Made by a program: the position numbers and the translations under genes
Part shown: positions 62,560-64,000 of the stretch, piece by piece
How positions within the stretch are numbered: the first letter of the stretch is position 1
How the letters are laid out: every line of letters starts with the position of its first letter
Notes under the pieces: generated by a model
The model's database searches: none
The model's input: only the letters and a program-made list of their open reading frames with translations
What the model was told of the DNA's origin: nothing
Source of the DNA: Azolla caroliniana
Taxonomy: Eukaryota; Plantae; Polypodiophyta
NCBI GenBank assembly: GCA_043228905.1
Contig: JBHGNT010000022.1
Coordinates: 12,028,001 to 12,092,000, forward strand
Reading direction: 5' to 3'
DNA: 64,000 nucleotides

Positions 62560-64000
62560 AACGACCTAGAAACTGTCATACGCAGGTATTCAAACACCAA
62601 TCGAATGCTTCTTGATCTTCCGCATAGACGACCTCGTCTCCAACATCTGGTATCAGAGCCTGCACAGTAGTCGGTCCTTCAATCTGCTGTCGGCCGTCGT
62701 CTCAGCCTGCACAGCATTCGGTTTCCTGCGTCATTCGAAGAAGAGAGAAGAAGAAGAGAAACGAGGCTTGCATCTCATCGCGTTAGATCATCTTCGCTTG
62801 GAGTAAGCCAGCAGGTTGTACTCTGTCCCTTGTGATCGTAACCGCTCGAGGTGAAATCCCCTTGTGCAACATTGACACGATCGTGCTCCACCCGGTTAAA
62901 CGGCATCCGAAGAGGTAATCAAACGCCGCTCATTGTAACCACTCGGTGCAGATCGGTCTTAAGACAACAACCCCAAATTCGTGCTTCATCTGGCTGATCG
63001 ACATTCGGGAGGATCAGTTGGATCCGTCTCTCTCGTTGCTGCAGTCAACCGAAGCAGAATCGGTCCAGATAATCGGTTTCAATAATCGGTATTCAGCATA
63101 TATATCCGAAGCGAACCGGGCTCACTCCGACTCGGCAACATTCGGGAAGACCAGTCGGTTCTGTCCCTCAAGCTACCGGAGTCAATTCGAGCAAGTTCCG
63201 AAGCCGAACCGACTCGGGTTCAAATCCGACTAGAACGATATCGGGTGAGCCAACCGGCTGCACTCCAACAAGGTTCGTAGTCAACTCCGAACCGAGCTCC
63301 GTCAACCGAAACCAAATTTGATGGCATCAACATCCGGCTCGTCAGAAATGAGTCTACGCAAGTTCGATGGATCGAACTTCAACTTCTGGAAGGAACAAAT
63401 GCAGGACTATCTCATAGTCAAGGGGCAAATCGATCCCATCGAAAATGAAGAACCTCCAGAAGGATACAAACCAATTGAGTGGCAGAAGCTGGACAGAATC
63501 GTCCGCGCCACGATTCGGATGCACCTATCGGAATCGGTATACTTTACGGTGCAATCGTGTACGACAGCATTCGAACTGTGGAAAACACTGTCGGACACTT
63601 ACGAAAAGAAGGTCGCCGCAACAAAGATGTTTCTGATCCGGCGCCTCTACAACTTGCGGATGAAAGAATCCGACTCGGTTCAAGCACACCTCAATGAGTA
63701 CGAAAGCATAAGCTCCCAAATCTCGTCACAGGGGACGGCAATCGAGGATGAACTCAGAGCAATGATACTCATGAGTAGCCTTCCCTCATCATGGGAAACT
63801 TTCGTCACAACCGTGTGCAACGCGTCAACCACGGCTGTTAAATACTCCGAAGTCACGAGCGCAATCCTGACCGAAGCAGCTCGGAGAAAGTCTTTCGCCA
63901 AAGACTCAACAGACGACGCTTACGTAGTACAAGGTTCGACAGACCGATCGAACATACGAGGAAGAGATTCCTCACGGCCGCCGAACAATCAGCGAAGACG
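62348..64000 (+). mobile_element. Ty1/copia element 5' end (LTR 62348-62645, PBS, gag)
   Basis: TGTCG...CAACA LTR of about 298 bp and PBS TGGTATCAGAGCC at 62648. Inserted inside the gypsy integrase. Confidence 0.9.
63321..64000 (+). CDS. Copia gag (open to the window end)
   Basis: MASTSGSSEMSLRKFDGSNFNFWKEQMQDYL...W QKLDR...ELWKTL...RRLYNLRMKE...LMSSLPSSWETF. No stop before the window end, so it is absent from the ORF track. Confidence 0.88.
   Translation, partial: MASTSGSSEMSLRKFDGSNFNFWKEQMQDYLIVKGQIDPIENEEPPEGYKPIEWQKLDRIVRATIRMHLSESVYFTVQSCTTAFELWKTLSDTYEKKVAATKMFLIRRLYNLRMKESDSVQAHLNEYESISSQISSQGTAIEDELRAMILMSSLPSSWETFVTTVCNASTTAVKYSEVTSAILTEAARRKSFAKDSTDDAYVVQGSTDRSNIRGRDSSRPPNNQRR

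Overview
AT-rich land-plant nuclear DNA; a non-seed plant such as a fern is plausible but not provable from sequence. 1-16.1 kb is a nest of decayed transposons: a Ty1/copia 3' half inserted into a tRNA-Trp-primed LTR element, a ~1.28-kb foldback palindrome, and an L1-type LINE interrupted by a chromovirus solo LTR and an RT-less copia element. 17-38.5 kb holds four host genes (A20/AN1 zinc-finger SAP, an At1g16080/ketopantoate-reductase-like Rossmann protein, an intronless F-box protein, and a 10-exon omega-amidase on the minus strand) with hAT and Mutator MITEs nearby. A tRNA-Arg(CCG) gene sits at 44.2 kb. The most striking part is 46.9-60.95 kb: a higher-order tandem array (1819-bp unit) built from intron-containing elongator tRNA-Met(CAT) genes, pseudogenes and inverted tRNA halves. 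A full-length chromodomain Ty3/gypsy element is inserted inside one tRNA pseudogene, a second copy of the same family abuts the array end (itself interrupted by a copia), and the gypsy 5' leader carries a palindromic repeat/unique-spacer array. All coordinates were read by eye; no database searches were run.
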